This document shows positions 23,368-32,315 of a DNA stretch of 64,000 nucleotides, piece by piece. The notes beneath the pieces are model-generated. The model saw only the letters and a list, made by a program, of their open reading frames with translations. It had not been told where the DNA came from and searched no databases. Location: positions 1,233 through 65,232 of the forward strand of contig CAWAWH010000001.1 of NCBI GenBank assembly GCA_963785775.1. Reading direction: 5' to 3'. Both the position numbers and the translations under genes were made by a program. Origin of the DNA: an uncultured Solirubrobacterales bacterium (lineage in GTDB: Bacteria > Actinomycetota > Thermoleophilia > Solirubrobacterales > 70-9). Positions within the stretch are counted from its first letter, which is position 1. Every line of letters begins with the position of its first letter.

Positions 23368-24255
23368 CCGTCGACCTCTTCGACGACGAGATGTTCGAGG
23401 ACGAGCCGGCGCCGCCGCCGAGGCCGCCGCGCCCGCCGCGGCGCAAGCGCGGCGCCCGTCGGCGAGACCGCCAAGCGGGTGCTGGTGGCGCTGCCCTGGA
23501 TCGCCTTCGCGATCGCGATCACCGTTGCCGGCGGCATCGTCTTCGCCCTGGCGATGATCGCGATCGGCGATCGTCTGCCTGCGCGAGTACGTGGCGATGA
23601 CGGCCGACTCGCGGCCGCTGCCGATCCCCGCCTACATCGACCGTCGCCGCGCTGATCGCTCGCCGCCCACTTCGGCACCGCCTTCAACGTTCTGCTGATC
23701 CTCGCCGCCAGCTTCCCGCTGCTGTTCGCCTTCGGCGCCAGGGCGAGCCATCGCGACGGCGTCGCCGTCTCGCTCGGCGTCACCCTGCTGGGGATCCTCT
23801 GGATCGGCATCCCGCTGGTCCACGCGGTGCTGCTGCGCGACCTCCCCAGCCACGGCGCCGGCCTGCTGGTCGACGTCCTGGTCGGGACCTTCGTCGCCGA
23901 CACCGCCGCCTACGCCACCGGCCGCATGTTCGGCAGCCACAAGATCGCCCCCAGCATCTGCCCCAACAAGACGATCGAGGGGCTGATCGGCGGCTTCCTG
24001 ATCGGCACCATGGGCTTCTGGTTCGCCGGCCTCTACCAGGACTGGCTCTCCGGCGTGGACGCCCTGATCATCGGCGCCGCGGTGGCGGCGGTCGCCCCGG
24101 TCGGCGACCTCTTCGAGTCGATGCTGAAGCGCGACCTCGGCACCAAGGACACCGGCACCCTCTTCGGCCCCCACGGCGGCATCCTCGACCGCCTCGACGC
24201 CGTCTTCTTCACCGTCGTCGTCGGCTACTACCTCTCGGTGGCGCTTGTCTACTGA
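23364..24255 (+). pseudogene. cdsA: phosphatidate cytidylyltransferase, about 3 frame breaks as sequenced
   Basis: GTGA overlap with uppS. The C-terminal 140 aa are intact (ADTAAYATGRMFGSHKIAPSICPNKTIEGLIGG...SMLKRDLGTKDTGTLFGPHGGILDRLD). The upstream TM segments (RVLVALPWIAFAIAITVAGGIVFALAM / VCLREYVAMT / AAHFGTAFNVLLILAASFPLLF) switch frames at about 23452, 23578 and 23650. Confidence 0.85.
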
Positions 24256-24293
24256 GGCGCGTCTGCATCTGGCATCGGTATGCGACGCTCATT
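24251..24293. other. hairpin between cdsA and dxr
   Basis: gcgtctgca (24251-24259) pairs with tgcagacgc (24285-24293) around a 25-nt loop. There is no U-tract. Confidence 0.3.
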
Positions 24294-24312
24294 GCAGACG
24301 CAATCGCCCCTC

Positions 24313-24318
24313 TAATCT
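24313..24318 (+). promoter_or_regulatory. -10 box TAATCT, 8 nt upstream of the dxr ATG (leaderless)
   Basis: TANNNT hexamer with an 8-nt spacer to ATG 24327 and no SD. Confidence 0.4.
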
Positions 24319-24326
24319 CTGAAGCG

Positions 24327-25472
24327 ATGAAGAAGGTCTTGATACTGGGGTCGACGGGGTCGATCGGTACGCAGGCGCTGGAGGTGATCGGGCGCTCGGC
24401 GGAGCTGCAGGCGGTCGGCCTGGCGGCCGGCGCCGGCTGGGAGCTGACGCTCGATCAGGCGCGCGAGCACGGGGTGCCGGCGATCGCCCTGGCCGACGAG
24501 AGCGCCGCCGAGCGGGCGCGGGCCGCCTGGAGCGGGCGCGTGCTGGCCGGGGAGGAGGGGGTGCGGGAGCTGATCTCCGCCTCCGGCGCCGACCTCGTCC
24601 TGAACGGGATCGTCGGCGCCGCCGGGCTGAGCTCGACCGTGGTCGCGCTCAGCGAGGGGATCGACGTCGCCCTCGCCAACAAGGAGAGCCTCGTCGTCGG
24701 CGGCGAGCTGGTGATGGCGCTGGCCGAGGCGACCGGCGCCCAGCTGCTGCCGGTCGACTCCGAGCACTCGGCCCTGCACCAGCTGATCGGCCGCGAGGCG
24801 CCGGGCACGGTCGAGAGGCTCGTCCTCACCGCCTCCGGCGGGCCCTTTCGCGGCCGCGACGACCTCGCCGGCGTCAGCGTCGAGGACGCCCTCGCGCACC
24901 CGACCTGGAAGATGGGTGGGCGGATCACGATCGACTCGGCGACGCTGATGAACAAGGGCTTCGAGGCGATCGAGGCGCACCACCTCTTCGGCCTGCCCTA
25001 CGAGCGGATCGACGTCGTCGTCCACCCGCAGTCGCTGGTCCACTCGCTGATCCACCTCAACGATGGCTCCTCGCTGGCCCACCTCGGCTATCCCGATATG
25101 CGGGTGCCGATCTCCTACGCCCTGCACTACCCCGAGCGGGCCGACGTCGACGTGCCCCAGCTCGACCTCGCGGCCGCCGGCGAGCTCAGCTTCGAGGCGC
25201 CCGACCTCGGCACCTTCGCCTGCCTGCGGCTGGCGCTGGCGGCGGGGGAGGCGGGCGGCACCGCGCCCTGCGTGCTCAACGCCGCCGACGAGGTCGCGGT
25301 CGCCGCCTTCCTCGAAGGCAGCATTCCCTTCACCGGCATCGCCGCGGTGATCGAGCGGGTGCTGGAGGAGATGCCGGCCCGGCCCTTGACCCACTTCGAC
25401 GATCTCTTCGCGACCGACGCGGAGGCCCGCCAGCGCAGCGTAGACCAGGTTCGGGGGTTGACTCCAGCATGA
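24327..25472 (+). CDS. dxr: 1-deoxy-D-xylulose 5-phosphate reductoisomerase
   Basis: Motifs: ILGSTGSIGTQAL, LANKESLV, PVDSEHSA, TASGGPFR, HPTWKMGGRITIDSATLMNKG. Confidence 0.95.
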   Translation: MKKVLILGSTGSIGTQALEVIGRSAELQAVGLAAGAGWELTLDQAREHGVPAIALADESAAERARAAWSGRVLAGEEGVRELISASGADLVLNGIVGAAGLSSTVVALSEGIDVALANKESLVVGGELVMALAEATGAQLLPVDSEHSALHQLIGREAPGTVERLVLTASGGPFRGRDDLAGVSVEDALAHPTWKMGGRITIDSATLMNKGFEAIEAHHLFGLPYERIDVVVHPQSLVHSLIHLNDGSSLAHLGYPDMRVPISYALHYPERADVDVPQLDLAAAGELSFEAPDLGTFACLRLALAAGEAGGTAPCVLNAADEVAVAAFLEGSIPFTGIAAVIERVLEEMPARPLTHFDDLFATDAEARQRSVDQVRGLTPA

Positions 25473-26560
25473 CCTGGCTCGCCGTCTTCGTCGGCTTCTC
25501 GCTGCTGATCATCCTCCACGAGGGAGGGCACTTCCTCGCCGCCAAGGCGACGGGGATGCGGGTCGAGCGCTTCTTCCTCTTCTTCGGGCCGACGATCTGG
25601 TCGTTCAAGCGCGGCGAAACCGAGTACGGCGTCAAAGCGATCCCGCTCGGCGGCTACGTGAAGATCACCGGCATGAACCCGGAGGAAGAGGTCGCGCCGG
25701 AGTTCGAATGCCACGCCTACCACCGGCAGCCGGTCTGGAAGCGGATCGTCGTCGTCGGCGCGGGACCGGCGGTGAACATCGCCCTAGCCTTCGCGATCCT
25801 CTTCGGCGTCTACCTGGTCAACGCCCATCAGGTGAACCAGACGGTCGGCTCGATCTCCCCGGGAGCCCCGGCGGCGAGGGTTCTGAAGCCGGGGGACAGG
25901 ATCGTGGCCGTCGACGGGCAGCGCTACCAGGGGCTCGATCGCGAAGCGCGCCTGACCAGGTTCGGCAAGCAGGTCGCCTCGCACAAATGCGCCGGCAAGC
26001 AGGTCGACGGCTGCCTGGCGGCGACGCCGGTGACGCTGACCGTGCGGCGCGACGGCCGCCTGCGGACGATCTCGGTGCGCCCCGAATACAAAAAGGCATA
26101 CGGGCGCGCGCTGATCGGCTTCTCCTACGGGTCCGAACCCGAAGAGATCGGCGTCGGGACCGCGGCCAGCCGCGCCGCGGCCTCGATCTGGCTGGTCACC
26201 CACAGGACCGCGTCGATCTTCTCCCACATCTTCGAAGCCCAGCAGCGCAAGCAGATCTCCGGCATCGTCGGCATCAGCGACGTCGCCCACCAGACGGTCG
26301 ACAAGAGCGCCGAAGAGTCGCTGCTGCTGCTGGCCCTGGTCAGCCTCTCGCTGGGCCTGATCAACCTGCTGCCGATCCTGCCGCTCGACGGCGGCCACAT
26401 CTTCTGGGCGCTGGTCGAGAAACTGCGCGGCAGGCCGGTCTCGCTGCTGGTGATGGAGCGCGCCACCGTGCTCGGCTTCGCCCTGGTGGCGGTGTTGATG
26501 GTGATCGGCCTCAGTAACGACATCGGTCGCCTCGGAGGCGAAGGCTTCAACGTCCGTTAA
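25469..26560 (+). CDS. M50 site-2 protease (RseP/Rip1 type) with a PDZ domain
   Basis: ATGA overlap with dxr. Motifs: HEGGHFLAAK (HExxH), a PDZ-like GDRIVAVDG, and NLLPILPLDGGH. Confidence 0.92.
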   Translation: MTWLAVFVGFSLLIILHEGGHFLAAKATGMRVERFFLFFGPTIWSFKRGETEYGVKAIPLGGYVKITGMNPEEEVAPEFECHAYHRQPVWKRIVVVGAGPAVNIALAFAILFGVYLVNAHQVNQTVGSISPGAPAARVLKPGDRIVAVDGQRYQGLDREARLTRFGKQVASHKCAGKQVDGCLAATPVTLTVRRDGRLRTISVRPEYKKAYGRALIGFSYGSEPEEIGVGTAASRAAASIWLVTHRTASIFSHIFEAQQRKQISGIVGISDVAHQTVDKSAEESLLLLALVSLSLGLINLLPILPLDGGHIFWALVEKLRGRPVSLLVMERATVLGFALVAVLMVIGLSNDIGRLGGEGFNVR

Positions 26561-26571
26561 CTACAGCTAGC

Positions 26572-27507
26572 TCAGCGCCGCGGCAGAATCCTGAAGGCGT
26601 AGATGGCGGGAGAGGGGTCGGCCTGACCGGAGTCATCGCGGGCCCGCACGGCGAAGGTGTGGCGTCCAACCGAGAGCCCTCTGGACGTGAACGGGGAACG
26701 GCAGGCTCGGAACCCCCTCCTGTCGACCCGACATTCGAAGCCGACTTCCGCCTCGTCGGCGACGAAGCGGAAGGTGGGGGTGCGGTCCCTCGACTTCCTT
26801 GCCGGCTTGCTACGCAGGACGGTTTCCGGTGCGCCCCGAGCCGGGGACGTGGCACCGCCCGAGCCGCTGCCGCTCCCACCTCCGTTGTCAGAGCAGGCCT
26901 GCTCGGTGGGGATCACCGAGTTCGGCCGCGGACCGGGGAAGACCGACGAGAAGTCGGCGGCGCTGTTGTCGCGGTCGTCGGTCGGCTCCAGCAGGGTCGC
27001 GCAGCCCGGTGCGATCGTTCGCCGCAGCGCCATGCCGTCGGGAATCCCGGCCGGCGTCGCGGGCGAGCCGGCCGGACTGGGCAGGGCGCCGCCGAAGCTG
27101 CCCCAGGACACGCAGTCGATCGCTTCCCAGCAGATGGCGCCGCCGCTGGGGTCGAGCTGCCCGGAGGGCGAGATCCCGGCGTCGGCGAAGAAGCCGAACT
27201 CGGCTTCGGCCTCTGGGGTCGCCAGCACCATCGTGCTCTGGTTGGCGCCATTGGGGACATCGGCCGGAAAAGTGTCGGAAGCCGTCACGTTGCCGCTTGC
27301 GTCGTAGACCCTCAGCAGGTGCCCGCCGACGTGGTTCTGGCCCGCCGCCCACATCTGCAGCTCGACGTACTCGGAGTTGGGATTGGCGGCCGAGCCGGGG
27401 TAGACCTCACGCACCGACATCAGGTGGAAGGTGGCTGAGGCGGCCGGCGTCCAGATAGCCAGAAGGGCACCGCCGGCTACGATCCCCGCCGCGATCCGCC
27501 TACGCAT
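26572..27507 (-). CDS. secreted lamin-tail-domain (LTD)-like protein with one C-terminal Ig-like repeat
   Basis: 311 aa, with a signal peptide ending AASA. The LTD-like module is TFHLMSVREVYPG...EYVELQMWAAG...CW..DCVSWGSFGG...DDRDNSAADF. A Gly/Ser linker leads to the repeat TPTFRF..FECRVD..CRSPFT..HTFAVRA. Intact. Confidence 0.7.
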   Translation of the reverse strand: MRRRIAAGIVAGGALLAIWTPAASATFHLMSVREVYPGSAANPNSEYVELQMWAAGQNHVGGHLLRVYDASGNVTASDTFPADVPNGANQSTMVLATPEAEAEFGFFADAGISPSGQLDPSGGAICWEAIDCVSWGSFGGALPSPAGSPATPAGIPDGMALRRTIAPGCATLLEPTDDRDNSAADFSSVFPGPRPNSVIPTEQACSDNGGGSGSGSGGATSPARGAPETVLRSKPARKSRDRTPTFRFVADEAEVGFECRVDRRGFRACRSPFTSRGLSVGRHTFAVRARDDSGQADPSPAIYAFRILPRR

Positions 27508-27510
27508 CGC

Positions 27511-29280
27511 TCAGCGCCCCCGGATCACCCTGAAGGAGAACCTGGCCGGGGATCCGTCGGTCAACCCGCCGGCGACCGCGCGAACCGCGAGCGTGTGATG
27601 GCCGGGCTTGAGCGACATGGTCGTGAAGGGGGAGCGGCAGGGCTTATAGGGGGTCCTGTCGAGCGAGCATTCGAAACTGGCCCCCGGCGTGGCGGAGCGG
27701 AAGCGGAACGTCGGCGTGCGATCATGCGTCCTTGCCGCTGGCTCGCTCGAGAGAGCCGTCTGTGGGATGGCCGACTGGCCTGGTGAAGAAACGGGCTGAC
27801 TCGCCGGAGGCACGAGTAGCGGCGCCGAGGCGAGTGGCAGCGCCGCCGGCAGGACCACATTGAAGCTGTAGCCGGCGGGGGTGGGATCGGTGTTGGCGCT
27901 GGAGTCGGTCGCGCGGACCTGGAAGGAATGGGCGCCGTCGGCGAGGCCGGTGTAGGTGATCCCAGCGGGTGGGCACGAGTTGAAGGGGCCGCCGTCGAGA
28001 GCGCATTCGAAGCTCGATTCGGCCTCGTTGGACTCGTACGTGAAGGAGGCGCTGGCGCTGGCGCTGGGGTCGGGGGGCTTGGAGTCGATCGTCGTCTGCG
28101 GCGGCGTCGTATCGGCCAACGAGTTGTCGACTTCCCATTCGAAGGAGGCGGGCGAGCCGACGTTGGTAGCCACGTCTTTGGCTCGCACCAGGAACGTGTA
28201 CTGGCCGTCGGCGAGGTTGGCGTAGGTCTTGCCGGACGCGCACGTGGCGAAGGCGCCGATCATCGCACCTTCATCGAGGGCGCATTCGAAGCCCGAGCCG
28301 GCCTCATCGGAGTGGAAGGTGAAGGCCGCCGATTTGCCCGGGCTGGGGTCGACTGGGTGGGTGTCGATGACTGCCCCCGGCGCCGTGGTGTCGACGCGCC
28401 AGCTGTAGCTGGTCGCGGCACCGGTGCCGCTGGCGGTTTTCGCCCGCACCTGGAAGGTGTGGGTGGTCTCGCTCAACGGTCCCGGGTAGGAGATGCCGCC
28501 CGCTTCGCAGGGGGCAAATGCTTCGACGTCGAGTCTGCATTCGAAGCTTGCCCCGGCTGACGGAGTCGAGTGATAGGTGAACGAGGCGCTGGTGCTGTTC
28601 GTCGGGTTGGCCGGCTTCGAGTCGATTGTCGCCACCGGCAGGACGCAGGCGGTCTCGGTCACCGGCGAGGCGTTGTCACGCGGCTGTGGGGTTACCTCGG
28701 TGAAGTCGGCGGCGCTGCTGTCGCTGTCGTCACCGGCTTCGAGGAAGGTCGGGCAGGCGGGGGCGATCGAGCGCCGCAGCGCCTTGCCCGCGGCGACTCC
28801 ACCGGGCGAAGCCGGGCTGCCGACCACGAGCGGCGGCACGTGCGACGGCAGCGGCCCGGTGAAGTTGCCCCAGGCGACGCAGTCGGGTGGCGAGCCGTCG
28901 GTCCAGCAGACCGCGCCTCCGGTCGCCGAGAGGTTGAGGCTGGAGTCGGACTCGTCCGGCGCCGGACCGGCTGGGAACGCCGCCGCATAGCCGCTGCCGG
29001 CGATCAGGATGGTGGCGTTGTTGGGACTGGAGATGCTGACGTTGCTGGGCAGGGTGAAGTCGCTGGCGACGCTGCCGTCGGCGCTGTAGGCGACCAGGTG
29101 GTGGCCGGCGACCAGGTACTCCCCAGCGGCGAACATCTGCAGCTCGACATAGCTCGCGTTCCCCGCCGGATAGACCTCGCGCACTTTCATCAGGTGGAAG
29201 CTCGCCTCGGCGGCTGGGACCAGCAACAGTCCGGCGGCGGTGACCAGCGCTGCGGCGCATGCGGCGAGACGCCCTCCCAT
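27511..29280 (-). CDS. secreted lamin-tail-domain (LTD)-like protein with four Ig-like repeats (paralog of 26572-27507)
   Basis: 589 aa, with a signal peptide ending AAEA. It has the same N-terminal module (SFHLMKVREVYPAGNASYVELQMFAAG...CW..DCVAWGNFTG...DDSDSSAADF) followed by four copies of the F.F/Y...FEC.LD...C...G.H.F.VRA repeat. Intact. Confidence 0.7.
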   Translation of the reverse strand: MGGRLAACAAALVTAAGLLLVPAAEASFHLMKVREVYPAGNASYVELQMFAAGEYLVAGHHLVAYSADGSVASDFTLPSNVSISSPNNATILIAGSGYAAAFPAGPAPDESDSSLNLSATGGAVCWTDGSPPDCVAWGNFTGPLPSHVPPLVVGSPASPGGVAAGKALRRSIAPACPTFLEAGDDSDSSAADFTEVTPQPRDNASPVTETACVLPVATIDSKPANPTNSTSASFTYHSTPSAGASFECRLDVEAFAPCEAGGISYPGPLSETTHTFQVRAKTASGTGAATSYSWRVDTTAPGAVIDTHPVDPSPGKSAAFTFHSDEAGSGFECALDEGAMIGAFATCASGKTYANLADGQYTFLVRAKDVATNVGSPASFEWEVDNSLADTTPPQTTIDSKPPDPSASASASFTYESNEAESSFECALDGGPFNSCPPAGITYTGLADGAHSFQVRATDSSANTDPTPAGYSFNVVLPAALPLASAPLLVPPASQPVSSPGQSAIPQTALSSEPAARTHDRTPTFRFRSATPGASFECSLDRTPYKPCRSPFTTMSLKPGHHTLAVRAVAGGLTDGSPARFSFRVIRGR

Positions 29281-29340
29281 CGGCCTGGTCTACGGCTCCC
29301 AGCCGAATGAGGTTCAAACCGGCTGGGGAACGCCTGCCGG

Positions 29341-29346
29341 TACGCT
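29341..29346 (+). promoter_or_regulatory. -10 box TACGCT, 6 nt upstream of the ispG ATG (leaderless)
   Basis: TANNNT hexamer with a 6-nt spacer to ATG 29353 and no SD. Confidence 0.4.
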
Positions 29347-29352
29347 TGGAAC

Positions 29353-30606
29353 ATGGCTTCCAAACGCCAGATATTCGTGGGCGGCGTGCCGATCGGCGGC
29401 GGCGCCCCGGTTGCCGTGCAGACGATGACCAAGACCGAGACCGCCAACCTGGCGGCGACGATGGAGCAGATCCGCAAGGTCGCCGACGCCGGGGCCGACA
29501 TCGTCCGCTGCGCGGTCCCGCGCGAGCAGGACGTCGAGGCGCTGAAGACGATCGTCAAGGACTCGCCGATCCCGATCATCGCCGACATCCACTTCAACCA
29601 CACGCTGGCGCTGAAGGCGATCGACGCCGGCGCCCACTGCATCCGTCTCAACCCAGGCAATATCGGCGGCCGCGAGAAGGTCGCCGAGGTCGCGGTCAGG
29701 GCCAACGCCGCCAACGTGCCGATGCGGATCGGGGTCAACTCCGGCTCGCTGCCCAAGCACCTGCACGAGCTCGAGCGCGAAGCGCCGGTCGAGGCCCTGG
29801 TCGCCGCCGCCGTCGAGTTCACCGAGCTGATGGAGAGCCTCGACTTCGAGAACTTCAAGATCTCGATCAAGTCGACCAACGTGCCGAACACGATCGCCGC
29901 CAACCGGCTGCTGGCCGAGAGGGTGCCCTACCCGCTGCACCTGGGGATCACCGAGGCGGGGACGAAATGGGCGGGCTCGCTGAAATCGGCGGTCGGGCTC
30001 GGCACCCTGCTCGCCGACGGCATCGGCGACACGATCCGGATCAGCCTCTCCACCTTCCACGCCGAGGAGGAGGTCAAGGTCGCCTGGGAGATCCTCAAGG
30101 CCCTGCAGCTGCGCGAGCGCGGCCCGGTGCTGATCGCCTGCCCGACCTGCGGCCGCCTCCAGTTCGACATGGACTCGGTCGTGGCGGAAATCGAGCAGCG
30201 GCTGGAAAGCTACGCCGAGCCGGTCGAGGTGGCGGTGCTGGGCTGCGCGGTCAACGGCATCGGCGAGGCCAGCCACGCCGACTTCGGCATCGCCGGAGCC
30301 AAGAACGAGGGCCTGATCTTCGCCCATGGCAAGCCGCTGCGGAAGGTCCCACAGGAGACCCTGGTCGACACCCTGTTCGAGGAGATCGACAAGTCGCTGG
30401 ACCACGGCGAGGTCGAGGTCGACGAGGCCGAGGCCGAGGAGGGGGCGGCCTGGCTGGCCAGGATCGAGGAGGAGAACGCGGGGGAACTGACGCCGGAGAA
30501 GATTGCGCGGATGGAGAAGGAAGCGGTCGAAAAGGGCGAGTCGGACAAGGTGCTGCTGGACGAGGAGGCTTCTCCCACCGCGGGAAGACGGTTCACGCGG
30601 GCCTAG
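29353..30606 (+). CDS. ispG: 4-hydroxy-3-methylbut-2-enyl diphosphate synthase with an acidic C-terminal extension
   Basis: Motifs: VQTMTKT, RINPGNIG-type LNPGNIGG, ACPTCGR, LGCAVNGIGEA. An approximately 60-aa Glu-rich tail follows the catalytic core. Confidence 0.94.
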   Translation: MASKRQIFVGGVPIGGGAPVAVQTMTKTETANLAATMEQIRKVADAGADIVRCAVPREQDVEALKTIVKDSPIPIIADIHFNHTLALKAIDAGAHCIRLNPGNIGGREKVAEVAVRANAANVPMRIGVNSGSLPKHLHELEREAPVEALVAAAVEFTELMESLDFENFKISIKSTNVPNTIAANRLLAERVPYPLHLGITEAGTKWAGSLKSAVGLGTLLADGIGDTIRISLSTFHAEEEVKVAWEILKALQLRERGPVLIACPTCGRLQFDMDSVVAEIEQRLESYAEPVEVAVLGCAVNGIGEASHADFGIAGAKNEGLIFAHGKPLRKVPQETLVDTLFEEIDKSLDHGEVEVDEAEAEEGAAWLARIEEENAGELTPEKIARMEKEAVEKGESDKVLLDEEASPTAGRRFTRA

Positions 30607-30611
30607 CGGGA

Positions 30612-30617
30612 TAGGTT
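30612..30617 (+). promoter_or_regulatory. -10 box TAGGTT, 6 nt upstream of the proS GTG (leaderless)
   Basis: GATAGGTT with a 6-nt spacer to GTG 30624. Confidence 0.4.
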
Positions 30618-30623
30618 TCCTGC

Positions 30624-32315
30624 GTGACTCGACTTTCGCAGGCATTTCTCCCGACGCTGAAGGATGCGCCGGCCGACGCCGAGGCCGTCTCTCACAAGTT
30701 GATGGTCAGGGCTGGGTTGATACGCCAGCTTGGGGCGGGACTGTGGACTTATTTGCCCGCCGGCTGGCGAGTGGAGCGGAAGGTCGAGGCGATTCTGCGG
30801 GAGGAGATGGAGGGGATCGGGTGTCAGGAGATGCTGATGCCGGTGCTCCAGCCGGCTGAGAATTGGGAGAAGACCGGGCGGTACTCGATCGAGGAGCTGT
30901 TCAAGCTCGAGGATCGGAAGGGGTCGCCGATGGTGCTGGCGATGACGCACGAGGAGGCGGTGACCTACCACGTGGCGCGCGAGGTGCGCTCCTACCGGGA
31001 CCTGCCCTTCATGGTGTTCCAGATCCAGACCAAGGAGCGTGACGAGCCGCGGCCGCGCGCCGGGGTGCTGCGGACCCGCGAGTTCACGATGAAGGACGCC
31101 TACTCCTTCGATCGCGACGAGGAGGGGCTGGCCCGCTCATACGATCTCCAGGCCGGCGCCTACGAGCGCATCCTCGACCGTTGCGGGGTGCGCTGGTACC
31201 GCTGCGAGGCCGACGTCGGGATGATGGGCGGCTCCGGCGCCGACGAGTACATGGCGCCCTGCCCGGCTGGCGAGAACGAGGTGGCGCTGGCGCCCGGCTA
31301 CGCCGCCAACGTCGAGGTCGCTTCGGCCGAGGCGCAACCCGTGGAGCTACCGGCCCCACTGCCCGCGCCCGAGCGGGTGGAGACGCCTGGCCTGACGACG
31401 GTCGAAGAGGTATCCGGCTCGCTGGGTCTGCCGGCCGGCGCCCTGATCAAGGCGATGCCGATCGTCGTCGAGGGCCGCGGCCTGGTGCTCGTGCTGCTGC
31501 GCGGCGACCACCGGCTCAACGAGGTCAAGCTGCGCAACGGGATGGGCACCGACTTTCGCCAGGCCCGGCCGGAGGAGATCGAGGCCGAGCTCGGCCCGGT
31601 CGGCTACGTCGGCCCGGTCGGCGCCAACCTGCCGATGATCAAGGACGCGGCGATAACCGGAGACTCCTACGTCTGCGGCGCCAATCAGCCGGGCGCTCAC
31701 CTGCGCGGGGTAGACCCGGCGCGGGACTTCGAGGCCCACGAGCTCGACGTGCGCACGGTCGAGGCCGGCGACACCGCCCCCGGCGGCGGCGCGATCGCGA
31801 TCGAGCCGGCGATCGAGGTCGGCAACATCTTCAAGCTCGGCACGCGTTACTCGGAGCCGCTGGGCGCCACCTTCCTCGACGAGAGCGGGGTCGAGAAGCC
31901 GATCGTGATGGGCAGCTACGGGATCGGCCCGGCCCGGATCGCCGCCGCCGCGATCGAGCAGCGCGCCGACGAGCGCGGCATCGTCTGGCCGCGGGCGCTC
32001 GCCCCCTGGCAGGTCCACCTCGTCTCCCTGGCCAAGGCCGGCGAGCCCGAGCGCGAGGCGGCCGACGGCATCTACGAGGCGTTGCGCGAGGCCGGCGCCG
32101 AGGTCCTCTACGACGATCGCGACGCCGGGCCGGGGGAGAAGCTGACCGACGCCGAGCTGCTCGGCTGCCCGCTGCGGATCGTCGCCGGCCGCCGCGGCCT
32201 CGCCAACGGCGTCGTCGAGGCCTCCGAGCGCGCCTCCGGCGCCGAGCACGAGCTGCCCGTGGAGGACGCCGCCGCGGGTGCGCTGGCCCTCCTCCAGGGC
32301 ATCGATGCCCAGTAG
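30624..32315 (+). CDS. proS: prolyl-tRNA synthetase (bacterial type with an editing insertion)
   Basis: 563 aa. Motifs: AGLIRQLGAGLWTYLPAG, TREFTMKDAYSF, MGSYGIGPARI. Confidence 0.94.
   Translation: MTRLSQAFLPTLKDAPADAEAVSHKLMVRAGLIRQLGAGLWTYLPAGWRVERKVEAILREEMEGIGCQEMLMPVLQPAENWEKTGRYSIEELFKLEDRKGSPMVLAMTHEEAVTYHVAREVRSYRDLPFMVFQIQTKERDEPRPRAGVLRTREFTMKDAYSFDRDEEGLARSYDLQAGAYERILDRCGVRWYRCEADVGMMGGSGADEYMAPCPAGENEVALAPGYAANVEVASAEAQPVELPAPLPAPERVETPGLTTVEEVSGSLGLPAGALIKAMPIVVEGRGLVLVLLRGDHRLNEVKLRNGMGTDFRQARPEEIEAELGPVGYVGPVGANLPMIKDAAITGDSYVCGANQPGAHLRGVDPARDFEAHELDVRTVEAGDTAPGGGAIAIEPAIEVGNIFKLGTRYSEPLGATFLDESGVEKPIVMGSYGIGPARIAAAAIEQRADERGIVWPRALAPWQVHLVSLAKAGEPEREAADGIYEALREAGAEVLYDDRDAGPGEKLTDAELLGCPLRIVAGRRGLANGVVEASERASGAEHELPVEDAAAGALALLQGIDAQ

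Noticed and set aside
27511-29280. Periodic approximately 255-nt repeats that could be mistaken for a repeat array or CRISPR-like structure.
   Set aside because: They are in-frame protein domain repeats (Ig-like modules) with divergent sequence. There are no short identical direct repeats with unique spacers.
26561-29352. The LTD gene pair as a mobile or genomic island.
   Set aside because: It has no integrase, transposase, flanking direct repeats or tRNA, and no obvious compositional shift. Only the 14-nt motif at one border is noted separately.
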